This document shows positions 62,017 through 64,000 of a DNA stretch of 64,000 nt, one piece after another. The number at the start of each line of letters is the position of its first letter. The stretch's first letter is position 1. The stretch is taken from assembly GCA_043228905.1 (NCBI GenBank), contig JBHGNT010000011.1, positions 9,734,001 to 9,798,000 on the forward strand, in the 5' to 3' direction. The notes under the pieces were generated by a model. It did no database searches. It was not told where the DNA came from and saw only the letters and a program-made list of their open reading frames with translations. The translations under genes were made by a program, and so were the position numbers. The DNA is from Azolla caroliniana (Eukaryota > Plantae > Polypodiophyta).

Positions 62017-64000
62017 TGTCGTGGAGAATTTCGGCCAGAGGCGGAAACCGGGAAACATTGGCTACATCGGCGGGGTGCAGCATGTGTGCTCACCCATGTA
62101 CATTTAGTGTGAATAACGAGGGCGCCTTTATGGCGCCGAAGAGTAGTCAAGTCGAGACAGACGATCCCATGTAAGTTGGGATTTATCCCACATTGTAACG
62201 CATCCCTCTCCTTGTTCTATAAAACAAAGGGACCGCCCTTTGTGAAAAGGGTTGCCCATTTTGCGTTAGAGGGTATACCGTTAGATTTAGGGTTAGTTAC
62301 GCTTCTTCTTCTTCTTCTTCTTCTTCTTCTTCTTCCCCCTTCGTGTTTTGCTTAGGGTTTGCTTTGGCTCGGCCTCCTGTGCAAGACCCCGCTCGGCGCG
62401 ACGAGCCGAGAGCTCCCCGACGGCGGCTTGACAGCAGACGACTGCTGTAACCTACCTTGGTCCGGCTCGAAGCCGGGAATGTATTCTTCCTTTATATATA
62501 TATATACATTTGCATCTGTCTGTGTATATTCGTGTCTCTGTTGGGGTCGGGTGCTTCCCCTTTCCTGCGTTTCCTGTACATAAGGGCGTGAGTCGGGTCG
62601 ACATGTGTGTGTGTGTGCGTGAGTCGGTGTTAAGCGCGCGCTCCCTCTCTTTCTCTCTCTCCCTTCGGTCGCTTCCGGTGTTCTTCTGGGATTCCCTGGA
62701 AACGGTGAAGCACGACTTCCTATGCTCCGTCACTCCCTAGTCCAAGACCTCCGTGGTCCCGCCTTTCTCCACGCACGCGCGTAACAACGCGACATCTTTG
62801 GTGAACCCGACGTGAAAGGCGGCAAGGGAGGATGGAGTCGGAAGACGATGACCTCGCGGTGATGGTGGCCGAAGTGGTGTTGGAGTCGGCACGAGTGGTG
62901 ATGAGGCGAGAAGCAGTGCAACAAGCGGTTGAGCGAGTGGTCGAAAGAGTCGGCCGTTTCAACGGGGACAAAGTCCCATCTTACTTGGGAGCCTACAATG
63001 CGGATATGGAGGAGCGTGGCGTAGACGAGGCGTTGAGGCTGGAGTTCTTCTGTCGAGTCGTAGCTGTCCGGATGCATGTGGAAGTAAAGGAGCTCCGTGA
63101 GGCTCATAGTTCGTGGGAGGCCTTTGAAGAGGCGCTCCTGAAGGCATACAGAGGACGGTGGAAGAGCCGGGGACGACACGACTTCGACCAGTGGGTAGCA
63201 TCGGCAAAGACCCACCGGGCCGCGACGAAGGCGTTCTGAGAGTTCGGGCGACGGCTTGCTGGGCTCCCGGAGCGGGAACAAGGTTTGGTGGGGACGGACA
63301 AGGTCCTATTGTTGGTCAGGTTGATCGACCGAGTGGAACGGGAGGCCATCGGGATTGAGCTCGAAGATGATGACGGAGCGAATGGGCTTACAGAGGACTG
63401 GTCGAAGGTTGGAAGGGTGTGCCTACGGCTAGACAATGAGCGAGCCGAGAAGGGTAAGAGGAAGGCGCGCGACGACATGCCATCACAGCGGGAAGAGGCC
63501 GAACAACAAAGAGAGCCGGCAAGGGTCGGCGTTGGGGCCAAGATTGCGGAGGCGTACGCAGCTCTCGAGGCGATGCTCGAGGAAGAGGAAAGATCAAGGC
63601 CGCAAGCTGAGACTGAGGAGACGGACTTGCCCCACGCGACGGCGGAAGATCGGTACGATGGTACCACGGGAGAGGGCGTGAAACAAAATGCCCTCTTGAC
63701 TTGTGGAGATAGAACGGCCAAGGACGAGGCCGAGATACAGATCGCGGAACCGGATAGTTGGGACCAACGGTTTCGGGCGTGTCAGCCTGAAACCCCGGAA
63801 ATCGGAGAAGCAAGCCCAGGCGGGGCTTGCGCGATCAATAAAAAGACGATCGCCGACCACGAAGAGTCGGTGGCTACGGACGAGGGCGTAAAACGGACGA
63901 GCGATTCTTTGTGTCTTCCCACACTTGCTCTCGAGACGATGGCAATCGGGCCCGAGTGCCCACGTGAGTCCCAACCGGAGGAAGGCGGCAGCGAAGGACC
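62017..64000 (+). mobile_element. Ty3/gypsy element D, 5' part (LTR 62017-62794, tRNA-Trp PBS, gag)
   Basis: TGTCG...CGACA LTR. PBS TGGTGAACCCGACGTGAA at 62799-62816. gag from 62832 (VGRFNGDKVPSYLGAYNADM) with an in-frame TGA at 63237. Confidence 0.85.

Noticed and set aside
62286-62300. Telomeric repeat TTTAGGG (also near 46, 2105 and 37605)
   Set aside because: Only isolated single units (telo-box-like), not an array.

Overview
Eukaryotic nuclear DNA from a land plant. The long intronless PLS-class PPR genes, the LINE type and the Ty3 lineages suggest a fern or another seed-free vascular plant (inference). The left 38 kb holds four minus-strand host genes: a 1045-aa PLS-PPR, an 8-exon GDA1/CD39 apyrase, an 833-aa PLS-PPR ending in a partial E domain, and a 4-exon protein with an SHI/SRS-like zinc finger. 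LINE fossils, a very young Ty1/copia element, LTR remnants and three hAT MITEs lie between them. The right 26 kb is a stack of nested, decayed retroelements (LINE ORF1 < copia < Ty3-A < Ty3-B and Ty3-C < Ty3-D). The most notable observations are: (1) an antisense tRNA-like A-box/B-box module at the same position in three diverged Ty3-type LTRs; (2) a reconstructable ~1056-codon extra ORF between pol and the 3' LTR of Ty3-B; (3) an intronic minisatellite built from the apyrase exon1/intron1 junction, with duplicated splice donors; (4) a PPR gene bracketed by related LTR-like direct repeats; (5) a 103-bp foldback mini-transposon. All coordinates and counts were read by eye, and no database search was run.
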